Origin: an uncultured virus (IMG/VR IMGVR_UViG_3300009826_000018)
Lineage: Duplodnaviria; Heunggongvirae; Uroviricota; Caudoviricetes
Reading direction: 5' to 3' (one strand)
Length of the DNA stretch: 54,026 nucleotides
Virus record (IMG/VR): IMGVR_UViG_3300009826_000018
Span: 62,001 to 116,026 of that record
The translations under genes and the position numbers were made by a program. Below, in pieces: positions 39,263 to 48,417 of this stretch; position 1 is the first letter of the stretch; each line of letters begins with the position of its first letter. The notes beneath the pieces were generated by a model. The model was not told the origin of the DNA and searched no databases. It saw nothing but the letters and a program-made list of their open reading frames with translations.

Positions 39263-40060
39263 TTAGATTTTTAGTTTATCTTTTATCTTTTTTTCAGACG
39301 AAGTTTTCTTTTTATTCGGTATTGATATGTTTTGACTACCACTTTCTGTTCTATATATACCCCAATATTTGTTAGTGAGTGTTTGGGATTTAGTAAATAA
39401 CTCTTTTGTTCTCTGCAACATTGCTTCGAGAGTTTTCTTTCGGAATGGTTTGATTTTTTTACCCGCTTGTTCGTCTTTCAACAACTTATTGTACATATTA
39501 TTAACACTTGTATATGTACCTTTCAAGTCATTTGTTGTTTTTCTTAAATCATCATATTTCTTTTTAACCGATTGTGTTGGTAATTGAAGGTCTTGTTTAA
39601 CATCTTTTTCACTTTCGGTTTCGTCACCCGGTAATGCGCTACCACCAACTACGATTGGTTTTCCTGGTTCGTTGAAATTTGCTATAATTCGTTCTCTGTC
39701 TGACCTAAACCACCTATCATCTTCGGGATTAAATTGGGGTGGTGGGTTTGTTACGGTGTTAGTTAAGACATTAAATTCCACAATATCTTTCAAATATAAT
39801 ACTTTATACAATGACCCCTGCGGTGGTTTTTGAGTTTGTCCCCACGAAGCGTTTTTTGGTTTGATTTGATAAAAACGAATGGCGGGTTGGTCTTGATAGC
39901 GACCTGTACCCAAACACAAAACAACACCGTACCGTGTACTTGGTACGCTGCCATATCCTGGGACCTGCGAATTGTATGTTGTTACAGCACAAAGGCGATT
40001 ACCTTTCAATGCTCTCAAAATATCATTTCGGTTTGCAGATTCATTGATTATTCTTAACAT
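39263..40060 (-). CDS. WYL-like domain protein with C-terminal basic helical extension
   Basis: Y...R...CLG...AIRFYQ...YKVLYLKDI...FNPEDD resembles phage WYL-type domains. Confidence 0.5.
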   Translation of the reverse strand: MLRIINESANRNDILRALKGNRLCAVTTYNSQVPGYGSVPSTRYGVVLCLGTGRYQDQPAIRFYQIKPKNASWGQTQKPPQGSLYKVLYLKDIVEFNVLTNTVTNPPPQFNPEDDRWFRSDRERIIANFNEPGKPIVVGGSALPGDETESEKDVKQDLQLPTQSVKKKYDDLRKTTNDLKGTYTSVNNMYNKLLKDEQAGKKIKPFRKKTLEAMLQRTKELFTKSQTLTNKYWGIYRTESGSQNISIPNKKKTSSEKKIKDKLKI

Positions 40061-40063
40061 ATG

Positions 40064-40073
40064 TATAAATAGT
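40064..40073 (-). promoter_or_regulatory. Putative late promoter ACTATTTATA
   Basis: Only 3 nt upstream of ATG 40060. Confidence 0.6.
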
Positions 40074-40092
40074 TTAAAAGTTCTAATTTATA

Positions 40093-40108
40093 TTGTATGT
40101 TTGTACAA
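40093..40108 (+). promoter_or_regulatory. Bacteroidota-type promoter TAnnTTTG (TTGTATGTTTGTACAA)
   Basis: TATGTTTG at 40096-40103; near-identical to the polB element; heads the phosphatase-mgsA-sigma-parB run. Confidence 0.65.
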
Positions 40109-40120
40109 AAATACGTTTAT

Positions 40121-40711
40121 ATGAATATAAATACTCAAAAGATTTCGTTAAGGGAAAAGTTCACCATACACGTAATGGGTATGTTGGAATTTCACCAACT
40201 AATGACAAAAAGTGATTTCAATGATTCTAATATTGAAGACCAAACCAAATTGGCGATTATATCAATAACAGGTGGTGAACCTTCGGATAAACATTATTTC
40301 AAAAGAAGTCATGCAAACGTTTTGAATATATCTTTCTACGATATTGACGAAGCGGTTGAAATAAGTGGTGTAAAACATGAACCAATTACTGTTGAACAAG
40401 CACGAAGAATAATTGATTTCATTGAAGTAAATCAAAATAAAAATTATATTATTCATTGTGTGGCTGGTGTTTCACGGTCGGGGGCTGTTGCACAATTTAT
40501 AACTGATTTCTATGGGTGGGCGGACAAATCTACATTCAATTATCAGTATGGAAAGAAGATTATTCCTAACACTATCGTTAGAAAAAGGTTAAAAGAGGAG
40601 TGGATCGGAAAACACTCTAAATTGGATATTAACGAATATCAAGAAATGTTAAAACAAAATGAAGTACAAACACTAGAAGTAAAAGAAAAAGAAGATGGAG
40701 AAAATACTTAA
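40121..40711 (+). CDS. Cys-based protein-tyrosine/dual-specificity phosphatase
   Basis: HCVAGVSRS (CX5R) P-loop, AIISI, FYDI, PN. Confidence 0.85.
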   Translation: MNINTQKISLREKFTIHVMGMLEFHQLMTKSDFNDSNIEDQTKLAIISITGGEPSDKHYFKRSHANVLNISFYDIDEAVEISGVKHEPITVEQARRIIDFIEVNQNKNYIIHCVAGVSRSGAVAQFITDFYGWADKSTFNYQYGKKIIPNTIVRKRLKEEWIGKHSKLDINEYQEMLKQNEVQTLEVKEKEDGENT

Positions 40712-41144
40712 CATAGCAATCGTATCCCACGATAGGCGAAAAGAGGATATGATAGAGTGGGCAAGACACAACGTTGAGTTTTTGTGCAAACATAATTTAT
40801 ATTGCACAGGAACAACCGGTGGTTTAGTGAAAAAAATGTTTCAAGAAGAAAACTGTTCCGGTAGAAATGTTACGTGTTATAAATCGGGTCCGGTTGGCGG
40901 CGACTTGGAAATTGGTGCAATGGTTGTGAACGGAAATATTAATTTCTGTATATTTTTGATTGACGACCTCAATCCAAACCCGCACGAATCTGATATTCAG
41001 GCGTTGTTGCGACAGTGTCGTATTCACAATGTTCCTGTTGCATGTAACAGACACAGTGCTGACTTAATGATAACAAGTACATTGTGGGATGAAGATTATA
41101 AACCCACAAAACCAAAATACGCCAACTTCAAAAGAGAGGGGTAA
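40695..41144 (+). CDS. mgsA: Methylglyoxal synthase
   Basis: IAIVSHDRRK, TGTTG, SGPVGGD, IFLIDDL, PHESDIQALLR, PVACN. Confidence 0.93.
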   Translation: MEKILNIAIVSHDRRKEDMIEWARHNVEFLCKHNLYCTGTTGGLVKKMFQEENCSGRNVTCYKSGPVGGDLEIGAMVVNGNINFCIFLIDDLNPNPHESDIQALLRQCRIHNVPVACNRHSADLMITSTLWDEDYKPTKPKYANFKREG

Positions 41145-41186
41145 ACATCGGATTAATTTTTAATCTTTTTATTGACCAATTGTCGT

Positions 41187-41645
41187 ATGACACATCGGGA
41201 ATTATGCAAAGCCGGAGCATCATTTATGAAACGGTACGGTATTGCAAAGTGGGAAAAACCCACATATGTAGTATGCGAATTAGAACGTTGCGGAGAATCC
41301 CCTGATGTATTTGGTTTCGGTGGTGCGCGCACACAATTAATTGAGGTCAAAACATCACGTGCAGATTTTCTTGCCGACAAAAAGAAACTTTGGCGAATAA
41401 ATCCCGAAATGGGTTTGGGTGAATTGCGGTCCTTTCTTTGTATGGAAGGTCTTATTTTAGAAGGAGAGTTGCCGCTGAATTGGGGTCTATTATATTGTGA
41501 CAACAAACAGAGGATCGGATTAATTCGCGAACCATATATTCAAGCAGCGTGTTCGTATCAAGAAATGAATCTTGCTGCGTCAGTGTTGAGAAGAGAGGGG
41601 GTAAAGTCAAAAATTTTTTCATATAAAAAATATAAAAATGAATAG
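41187..41645 (+). CDS. MmcB-like PD-(D/E)xK nuclease-family protein
   Basis: ESPDVFG...LIEVKTSRADFLADKKK...ELP..WGL. Confidence 0.75.
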   Translation: MTHRELCKAGASFMKRYGIAKWEKPTYVVCELERCGESPDVFGFGGARTQLIEVKTSRADFLADKKKLWRINPEMGLGELRSFLCMEGLILEGELPLNWGLLYCDNKQRIGLIREPYIQAACSYQEMNLAASVLRREGVKSKIFSYKKYKNE

Positions 41646-41856
41646 TACAGATAAAAAGGACTTGCAGATAGAAAATCTGACAAGAGAGGTAGAGAGAATA
41701 GAGATGTGGTTAGGACAACATCTCGAAAACAACCTCAATAAAAACGGTGGTACAATTGCCGTAGTCGAAATTCCTGTAGTGGAAATTCTTGACATATATA
41801 GATTGATTTCCGATACGTTGGAAAAAATCTATGAAACCGATGAAACCGAAGATTAG
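41638..41856 (+). CDS. Hypothetical protein
   Basis: 72-aa ORF overlapping the upstream gene. Confidence 0.6.
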   Translation: MNSTDKKDLQIENLTREVERIEMWLGQHLENNLNKNGGTIAVVEIPVVEILDIYRLISDTLEKIYETDETED

Positions 41857-41885
41857 TAACCAAAAACAATAATAATAAATAAAAC

Positions 41886-42995
41886 ATGAGAAGTAGTCTT
41901 AATACGAAGAAAGTTGGTTTTTTTACGGAAGCAAATGATGTTGTGAGTGCTTATTACAAGGATATACGCGACACAATGACATTATTACCCGAAGAAGAAG
42001 TGGCATTGTTCAGAGCATATAAAGAAAATGGTGATGAAAAGGCGCGGATTAAATTAATCGAAGCAAATCAAAAATTTGTGGTTTCTGTTGCCAAAAAATA
42101 CATCAACAATACCAACCAATCAATTTTATCCGACCTAATCAATGAGGGAAACATTGGGTTGATGACCGCATTAGAAAATTTTAATATGGAGAGGGGTTTC
42201 AAATTCATAACATATGCTGTGTGGTATATCAAAAGAGAAATCCAAAACTTCATAATTGATAACAAATTGGTTGCTCAAACAAATTTGCAAAAAACAATAT
42301 TCCATGTTGATAAAATTAAGGAGAAATTCCGAAACATTAATGGAAGGGAAATGGATGTTGATGAATTAATGGAAGAGTTGGAACAACAACACAACGTAAA
42401 AATAATTGATAAAAGTGATTTGTATGTTTTATCCTTTGATTCGATTGACACACCGGCGACACCAAAAACAGAGCAAGACGAATTTTCTCCAACCGAAAGT
42501 GAGTTCAATAATATGTTTTACACACAAAACACCATTATTGACATAATCGATGACGAGGATAATAAAATATTAGCCAAAGAATATTTGACAATATTATTAC
42601 CACGTGAGCGGGAAATCGTTGAATTATATTACGGTATAAATACATTTGCTGAATATACTTTGGATGATATTGCTGATAACTATGGTTTCACTACCGAAAG
42701 AATTAGACAAATCATTAAAAATGCGATTGACATAATGAAAATACGTCATAAAGTTAGTAGAATTGACGAAATAAAACAATATGTAACGCTATTATCAAGA
42801 GTAGAGGTGTATTTATTAAACTTACATCTAATGCAAAAATTTACACCACAGGATATTTCCGAGAGATCGGATTTTACCGCCGAAAGTATTCAACAGGCGT
42901 TGTGTGGTGCGATAGAAATAGTTTATAACTTTTATAAATTTAGATTAAATGAAAATAGATACGAGGTTAAAGTCAAAAATCTTTCAGCGGAGTGA
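41886..42995 (+). CDS. Sigma70-family RNA polymerase sigma factor 1 (extra C-terminal region-4-like module)
   Basis: Region 1.2 YYKDI...EEE, region 2 ANQKFVVSVAKKY...DLINEGNIGLMTA...GFKFITYAVWYI, region 4 LPRERE...TLDDIA...TERIRQI. Confidence 0.92.
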   Translation: MRSSLNTKKVGFFTEANDVVSAYYKDIRDTMTLLPEEEVALFRAYKENGDEKARIKLIEANQKFVVSVAKKYINNTNQSILSDLINEGNIGLMTALENFNMERGFKFITYAVWYIKREIQNFIIDNKLVAQTNLQKTIFHVDKIKEKFRNINGREMDVDELMEELEQQHNVKIIDKSDLYVLSFDSIDTPATPKTEQDEFSPTESEFNNMFYTQNTIIDIIDDEDNKILAKEYLTILLPREREIVELYYGINTFAEYTLDDIADNYGFTTERIRQIIKNAIDIMKIRHKVSRIDEIKQYVTLLSRVEVYLLNLHLMQKFTPQDISERSDFTAESIQQALCGAIEIVYNFYKFRLNENRYEVKVKNLSAE

Positions 42996-43863
42996 CTCAT
43001 TACAAAAATTCTACACCGACATTGCCAAATACCCTATTTTGGGGGTTGATGAGGAAGTAGAACTCTTTCACTCTTATAGAAATGACGGCGACATAAGGGC
43101 TAGGGATAAAATAATCCAAAGCAACCAACGCTTCGTAGTGTCGGTTGCCAAAAAATACGCCAAAACAGAAATCGAATTAATGGATATGATTTCAGAAGGA
43201 AACATTGGGTTGATGAAGGCGGCTGAAAAATTTGATACCACCTATGGATTCAAGTTTATAAGTTATGCAGTACATTGGATATATTCTTACATTTCAACAT
43301 ATTTGAATAAGAGGGAATTAATCAAGAAAAACGTTGATTATCAACTCCGAAAGAAAGTTGAAGAGATAAGGAAAGAACTCAATAAAGAGGGGTGGGATGT
43401 AAATATCAGTACAATAGCATCTATATTAAAGGATAGACATAATATCCACGTAAGCGAAGAAGAGTTATGTGCAATATCCACCATTTCTATTGATATTCCA
43501 ATAGACGACACAGATTATGTTTCCGGTCTAACAGATTTCAATGAGTTTTACTGTTCTCACAATGAGGTTACAGATGCCATTGATGACGACCATAACAAGT
43601 TTCTTGTGGAAACATATTTGAGTTATCTAACAGCCAAAGAACAAGAAGTCATCAAACTTTACTTCGGGATTGATGGTGAAGAAGCGTTAGGAACATTTGC
43701 AATGGTCGCCCAAAGATTGGAAATACCCAATCACCGCGCTGCTGGTCTTTTTCACAGAGGATTACGTAAAATGCAAATAGAATTTCGGAGAACAAAAAAA
43801 CGAAGATCGGATTATTTTAGTAAAAATATATTAAGTGATAGTTATAAATTTTTAAATTCATAA
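42949..43863 (+). CDS. Sigma70-family RNA polymerase sigma factor 2
   Basis: SNQRFVVSVAKKY...DMISEGNIGLMKAAEKFD..GFKFISYAVHWI; region 4 LTAKEQEVIKLYFG. Confidence 0.92.
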   Translation: MKIDTRLKSKIFQRSDSLQKFYTDIAKYPILGVDEEVELFHSYRNDGDIRARDKIIQSNQRFVVSVAKKYAKTEIELMDMISEGNIGLMKAAEKFDTTYGFKFISYAVHWIYSYISTYLNKRELIKKNVDYQLRKKVEEIRKELNKEGWDVNISTIASILKDRHNIHVSEEELCAISTISIDIPIDDTDYVSGLTDFNEFYCSHNEVTDAIDDDHNKFLVETYLSYLTAKEQEVIKLYFGIDGEEALGTFAMVAQRLEIPNHRAAGLFHRGLRKMQIEFRRTKKRRSDYFSKNILSDSYKFLNS

Positions 43864-43868
43864 AACAA

Positions 43869-44858
43869 ATGGAAAATATAAATATGAAAGTCGTTAAAAG
43901 CGACGAGGAAATTTTAGGTAGTGTGAGTGGTGGTGATGTGAACAAAACCGTAAGAAAAGACGTTTTTCAAATTGACCCAAAAACGTTGACGGTGGATGCG
44001 GAACACAATGTTCGTAATTTTACAGACAAGGTTGTTCTCGAACACATTGAATCGTTGGCAGCAAATATTGCTGAAAACGGTGTTTTAACGCCGCTGACGT
44101 GCCGCAGGGAATCTATTGGAAAAGACCCCAACACCGGCGAACCCATTTACAAGTACATTATTGTTGACGGCGAATGTCGCTATCGTGCAACACTATTACT
44201 TGAAAGTAGAGGTACACCTGTTTGCCGAGTTCCTGCAATTTTGGAAAGGTCAACCAACAACGAGGCGAACCGAGTTTTGGATATGTTAAACGCCAATGAG
44301 AGTTTGCGTTTTGCGCCGATTGAACTCGCTGCTGCGTATAATAAGTTCTTGAACTTCGGTTGGACAGAAGAAGAAATTGCCAAAAAATTGGGTAAGAGTT
44401 TAAACCACGTAAAAGAAACGGTTGCATTGTTAGCGCATGACGAAAGTGTTATTGCAGCACTTAAAAGTAACAAAGTTACCGCCAACAATGTGCGCCAACT
44501 TGATAAAAAAATCAAGGAAGAAGGTGTAATGAACGATTACACCCGGAAAAAAGAGGTGAGTGAAAGACTTGAAAAGGCTATCAAACTTGCCGAAACGGAA
44601 GAGGGTGGTGTTGCGAAAAGTGGAAAACTGAATATCACAAAGTTTTTGGGTATCAGTCAAACGGAAAGTGAACGCATTATCAGCGCAATCGAATTAATAA
44701 CCGATACGTTGAGAAACAGGGATTTCACACGGGCAAACCTACTCGACTTGGCGGAAGATTTACGTGCCGGACAATCAATCCAAAACGCTGTCAATCATGT
44801 GTTTGGATTATCACTTATCGAAGATACGGAAGTGGAAGTATCTGCGAATGACGAATAA
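43869..44858 (+). CDS. ParB/Srx-domain protein with HTH
   Basis: NVR...LAANIAENGVLTPL, IVDGECRYRA, GWTEEEIAKKLGKS. Confidence 0.85.
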   Translation: MENINMKVVKSDEEILGSVSGGDVNKTVRKDVFQIDPKTLTVDAEHNVRNFTDKVVLEHIESLAANIAENGVLTPLTCRRESIGKDPNTGEPIYKYIIVDGECRYRATLLLESRGTPVCRVPAILERSTNNEANRVLDMLNANESLRFAPIELAAAYNKFLNFGWTEEEIAKKLGKSLNHVKETVALLAHDESVIAALKSNKVTANNVRQLDKKIKEEGVMNDYTRKKEVSERLEKAIKLAETEEGGVAKSGKLNITKFLGISQTESERIISAIELITDTLRNRDFTRANLLDLAEDLRAGQSIQNAVNHVFGLSLIEDTEVEVSANDE

Positions 44859-44875
44859 TACTTTTTTTCTGCTGT

Positions 44876-44909
44876 GGGGTGATTAGCGATAATCACCCCT
44901 TTTGTTTTT
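44876..44909 (+). terminator. Intrinsic terminator
   Basis: GGGGTGATTA-GCGA-TAATCACCCC perfect 10-bp stem with a GNRA loop, followed by TTTTGTTTTT. Confidence 0.85.
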
Positions 44910-44923
44910 CATAAAAATAACTA

Positions 44924-44932
44924 TATATTTAC
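44924..44932 (+). promoter_or_regulatory. Putative promoter TATATTTAC
   Basis: Directly after the terminator, about 24 nt before the dnaJ ATG; same 9-mer and spacing as upstream of the helicase. Confidence 0.5.
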
Positions 44933-44955
44933 AGAAAATTTTAAAGTAATTAAAA

Positions 44956-46050
44956 ATGAATTTATACGATAGATTAGGTATAACCGCCGAAGAGAAGAAA
45001 TTACAGGGAAAACCTTTTGAAGATGTTGTTAAACGTCAGTATAGAGCGTATGCTACACAGCATCACCCCGATAAATTTCAAGACCCAAAAGAAAAAGAAG
45101 AAGCAACGACTAAATTTCAAGGTATTGCCGAAGCAAAAGATGTTTTATCAGATTCACAAAAGAGGATGCAATATGATATGACAGGAAGTACTTCGGGATT
45201 TAACTTCCAAAATTTTAATTCGCGTGCCGATATTGATGATATATTACAATCATTCTTTCATGGTGGGGGTCATTGGGGGTTTAGACAACAACATCAACCC
45301 CAACAACAAATAATAAAGGGTCAAGACGTTGTAATACGCATAACCCTCGACATAAAAGACGTGTACAAAGGCACGGAAAAGAAATATAAATTCAAACGCG
45401 GTATCACTTGTTCACATTGCGAAGGTGTAAATCTTCAAACTTGTTATACTTGTAAGGGGAGTGGTATGGTAACAACCTCACAACAAATGGGTGGCACAAT
45501 GTTCTTCCAACAAACAAACATATGTCCACACTGTCAAGGAACAGGAAAAACAGTTCAACAAAATTCAAAACAATGTAGTTATTGTAAAAACATTGGTGTA
45601 ATTGAAAAAGAAGAAATTGTTACATTACAAATACCACGTGGAATTACCAAGGGTGTAACCCTATCACGTGAAGGTATGGGACACCAACTCCCAAAAGGTT
45701 ATAGTGGAGTAAGTGGTGATTTGAAAATTGTAATTGGTAATATCACAAGCGATTTATACCAAGTTGATAACTATAATCTTGTAAGATATTTGGATGTTCC
45801 TATCCTGGATATTATTACGGGTACTAGTGTTGATATTACAACACCGGTTGGTGAAAAAATAAAGGTGGATATACCCCAAAATTTCACTAATACAGGTTCG
45901 TTAATGTTGGGTGGATACGGAATACCACATGGTAATCAAAAATCCGCTGGTGATATTTATTTAGTGATTAAACACAAGTTTCCGACTATATTAGATAGTT
46001 CGGATAAAAAGAAAATCGAAGAATTGAAGAAATCTAAAAATTTTAAATAA
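44956..46050 (+). CDS. dnaJ: DnaJ co-chaperone (J domain, G/F region, zinc finger, C-terminal domains)
   Basis: HHPDK; four CxxC (CSHC, CYTCKGSG, CPHCQGTG, CSYC); GDL and GDI C-terminal motifs. Confidence 0.92.
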   Translation: MNLYDRLGITAEEKKLQGKPFEDVVKRQYRAYATQHHPDKFQDPKEKEEATTKFQGIAEAKDVLSDSQKRMQYDMTGSTSGFNFQNFNSRADIDDILQSFFHGGGHWGFRQQHQPQQQIIKGQDVVIRITLDIKDVYKGTEKKYKFKRGITCSHCEGVNLQTCYTCKGSGMVTTSQQMGGTMFFQQTNICPHCQGTGKTVQQNSKQCSYCKNIGVIEKEEIVTLQIPRGITKGVTLSREGMGHQLPKGYSGVSGDLKIVIGNITSDLYQVDNYNLVRYLDVPILDIITGTSVDITTPVGEKIKVDIPQNFTNTGSLMLGGYGIPHGNQKSAGDIYLVIKHKFPTILDSSDKKKIEELKKSKNFK

Positions 46051-46051
46051 T

Positions 46052-46588
46052 ATGACACTTTTTGCATGGTTTTTAATAATTGGGATTACAGCAACATGGT
46101 TTGCGTTTTACTATTTTGGTCCCGAAGACACTTATGATAGTTATTGGTTTTGGTGGTTTGTTCGTAAATACATTTTTATAATGGTGATTTTATTTATAGT
46201 TATGTATATAGCAAACGGATTTGATAATGAGGAAAGGTTTCAAATAGTAGAAACAAAGGAAACCATTCACACATTAGTTTCGTTAGGTGCACGAGCATCA
46301 CTTGAAGGAAAATTCTTTTTAGGTACAGGAAAAGTGGGTGAAAACCCACGTTACTACTTTATGAGAGAAGAAGTGGGTGGTTATCGTATGGCTTGTGTAA
46401 CAACACATAATACATTAGTTATTGAAGATAATAATGAAACACCAAGAGTAGAGAAGGTGCGGGTTGTAAATAAAGCAATCAAACCACGTTTCTTTAAGTA
46501 TGACGAAAACAAACACACTAGTTACCGGATTTATATACCCGAAAACTCGATTACAAGGGATTTTAAAATTGATGTAAATAACCTTTAA
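46052..46588 (+). CDS. Membrane-anchored hypothetical protein
   Basis: Two N-terminal TM helices; GKFFLGTG...YY motif. Confidence 0.7.
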   Translation: MTLFAWFLIIGITATWFAFYYFGPEDTYDSYWFWWFVRKYIFIMVILFIVMYIANGFDNEERFQIVETKETIHTLVSLGARASLEGKFFLGTGKVGENPRYYFMREEVGGYRMACVTTHNTLVIEDNNETPRVEKVRVVNKAIKPRFFKYDENKHTSYRIYIPENSITRDFKIDVNNL

Positions 46589-46642
46589 CTATTCGGAAAA
46601 TCACAAATAACCTTATATTTATAGATATAAAAAAGGTGTATT

Positions 46643-47152
46643 GTGGATTACAGTAGTGGAATAATTTTGTATAGAAACAGAACCCCCAAAGAACGCGAAT
46701 TTTTCTTGGTACACCCCGGCGGAGTATTCTATAGAACGGTTGAAAAAGGGGGTTTTTGGGGGTTTCCAAAAGGTAAAATAGAAAACTTTGATTGGTTCAG
46801 ATTTCCTTATTCAATAACAGGAAAACCCGAAAGAGATGCTGCCCTATTTACAGCAATACGAGAATATCACGAAGAAACAGGTGATAAGAAAGATTTTAAC
46901 CCCCTTCTCAATATTATAGAATATATGGGGCGTGTACTACAAAGAAAAAATAAAGTAGTATATGTGTTCGCAATGGAATGTACTTGGGAACTAAACGCCG
47001 AAGAATGTTATTCAAATACTATTGACGTTGTAGTTGATAATAAAAGTCATAAAATACCGGAAAATGACGGTTTCATGTGGGCAACATACGGTGAGTTAGA
47101 GAAACTTGTACATCCAAAACACCTTCATTTTTATCAGAAACTAGTGATATAA
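46643..47152 (+). CDS. Nudix hydrolase
   Basis: LVHPGG, WGFPKG, AIREYHEETG; insertion inside the Nudix box; TATATTTAT at 46614 upstream. Confidence 0.85.
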   Translation: MDYSSGIILYRNRTPKEREFFLVHPGGVFYRTVEKGGFWGFPKGKIENFDWFRFPYSITGKPERDAALFTAIREYHEETGDKKDFNPLLNIIEYMGRVLQRKNKVVYVFAMECTWELNAEECYSNTIDVVVDNKSHKIPENDGFMWATYGELEKLVHPKHLHFYQKLVI

Positions 47153-48405
47153 GTGTCACTATCACTTATTATATCTCTCTTTTTTTCTAAATCAGAGTGA
47201 AAATTATCTTGGTCAATCTTATACCTAATACCATCTATCATAGATTGTAATTCAATTTTACCTTGTCTTGTGTTAGCAAATATGTTTTGCATAAAAGTAT
47301 TAAACTCATCAGTTGGTTTGGATACTATCATATAGAATATATATGGTATTATATCAGTATATTCTATATCACCAAGTTTTTCTTCCAATTTCATCCACAT
47401 TCCCATTCCGAAACGTAAATCCCAATAAGCGGCATAACGAAAATCCGCCTTTTTCAAAACATATTTCATTTTATCGGGGTCATTCGGTAATCCATTAACC
47501 GAAATCAAATCCAACATTGCTCTCACAGATTCATGAAGCAACGCTATAAAGTTTTTACCCTTAACAGTAATAGAGGATTTACTATTACTTCTTACAGTAA
47601 TATCAGACGTACTACCAAACGTTACATTATCTTCGTCAACCTTATTAGCGTTTGACATAAAATTAACATATTCGTTTAATAATATGATGCGCTTATATAA
47701 CCCTAATAATTTATCATTCAATAGGAATATATCCTTTATATAAAATTCGTACAAATGAATGAAATGATTAGAAATACCCTGCATTAAACAATTTACTATA
47801 CGCCTTTTATAAACATCATCATTAATACCCTTAAAGTCGTCAATACCTTCAAACTCAATATCGTCAGTTGCTTCGGGTAGTAATGACATTTTAATATCAT
47901 CTGCTGTTATTTTATCTACCATTTCGATAGTAAGATCAACATCTTCTTTTGATACACCAAACACCTTTTTGATTATGTTCATTACCAACACCTCCAACTG
48001 TGCTTTTATTGGTTTTTCAATTTCTTGACACTCTTTTAGAAGTTTAGATAGTTCATTTTTACATTCATTTACATTATCCATATCTAAATCCGGGTACATA
48101 CCACTTAAATCGGAAGTTATGACTCTAAATGGATATAATAATAACTTTTCTTCAAACTTAACTTCATCCTCCGGTGGAAACGCTGGGTTATCACCCAAAG
48201 AGGTTTTACCCGCTAATATTTGTTTTACCATTTCTTTCGGTAACGATTCTGCGGGTGTGTGTAAATTTCCGATCTTGAAAAAATCCCAACCTTTTCCTTG
48301 TGCGTACATATCTACTGCTTGTACAACATAATCAGGTGGGTTATCTTCATTTAACAAAGATAACATTTTTGCTTGCCTTTCGGATATAATTATTTTTTTT
48401 GGCAT
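47134..48405 (-). CDS. Hypothetical late/virion protein
   Basis: 423 aa; starts MPKKIIISERQAKMLSLLNED. Confidence 0.75.
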   Translation of the reverse strand: MPKKIIISERQAKMLSLLNEDNPPDYVVQAVDMYAQGKGWDFFKIGNLHTPAESLPKEMVKQILAGKTSLGDNPAFPPEDEVKFEEKLLLYPFRVITSDLSGMYPDLDMDNVNECKNELSKLLKECQEIEKPIKAQLEVLVMNIIKKVFGVSKEDVDLTIEMVDKITADDIKMSLLPEATDDIEFEGIDDFKGINDDVYKRRIVNCLMQGISNHFIHLYEFYIKDIFLLNDKLLGLYKRIILLNEYVNFMSNANKVDEDNVTFGSTSDITVRSNSKSSITVKGKNFIALLHESVRAMLDLISVNGLPNDPDKMKYVLKKADFRYAAYWDLRFGMGMWMKLEEKLGDIEYTDIIPYIFYMIVSKPTDEFNTFMQNIFANTRQGKIELQSMIDGIRYKIDQDNFHSDLEKKRDIISDSDTYITSF

Positions 48406-48417
48406 AGTGCAAATATA

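Noticed and set aside
41153..41506. 117-aa minus-strand ORF and similar antisense ORFs inside enzyme genes
   Set aside because: They fully overlap well-supported genes on the other strand and have no motifs or promoters.
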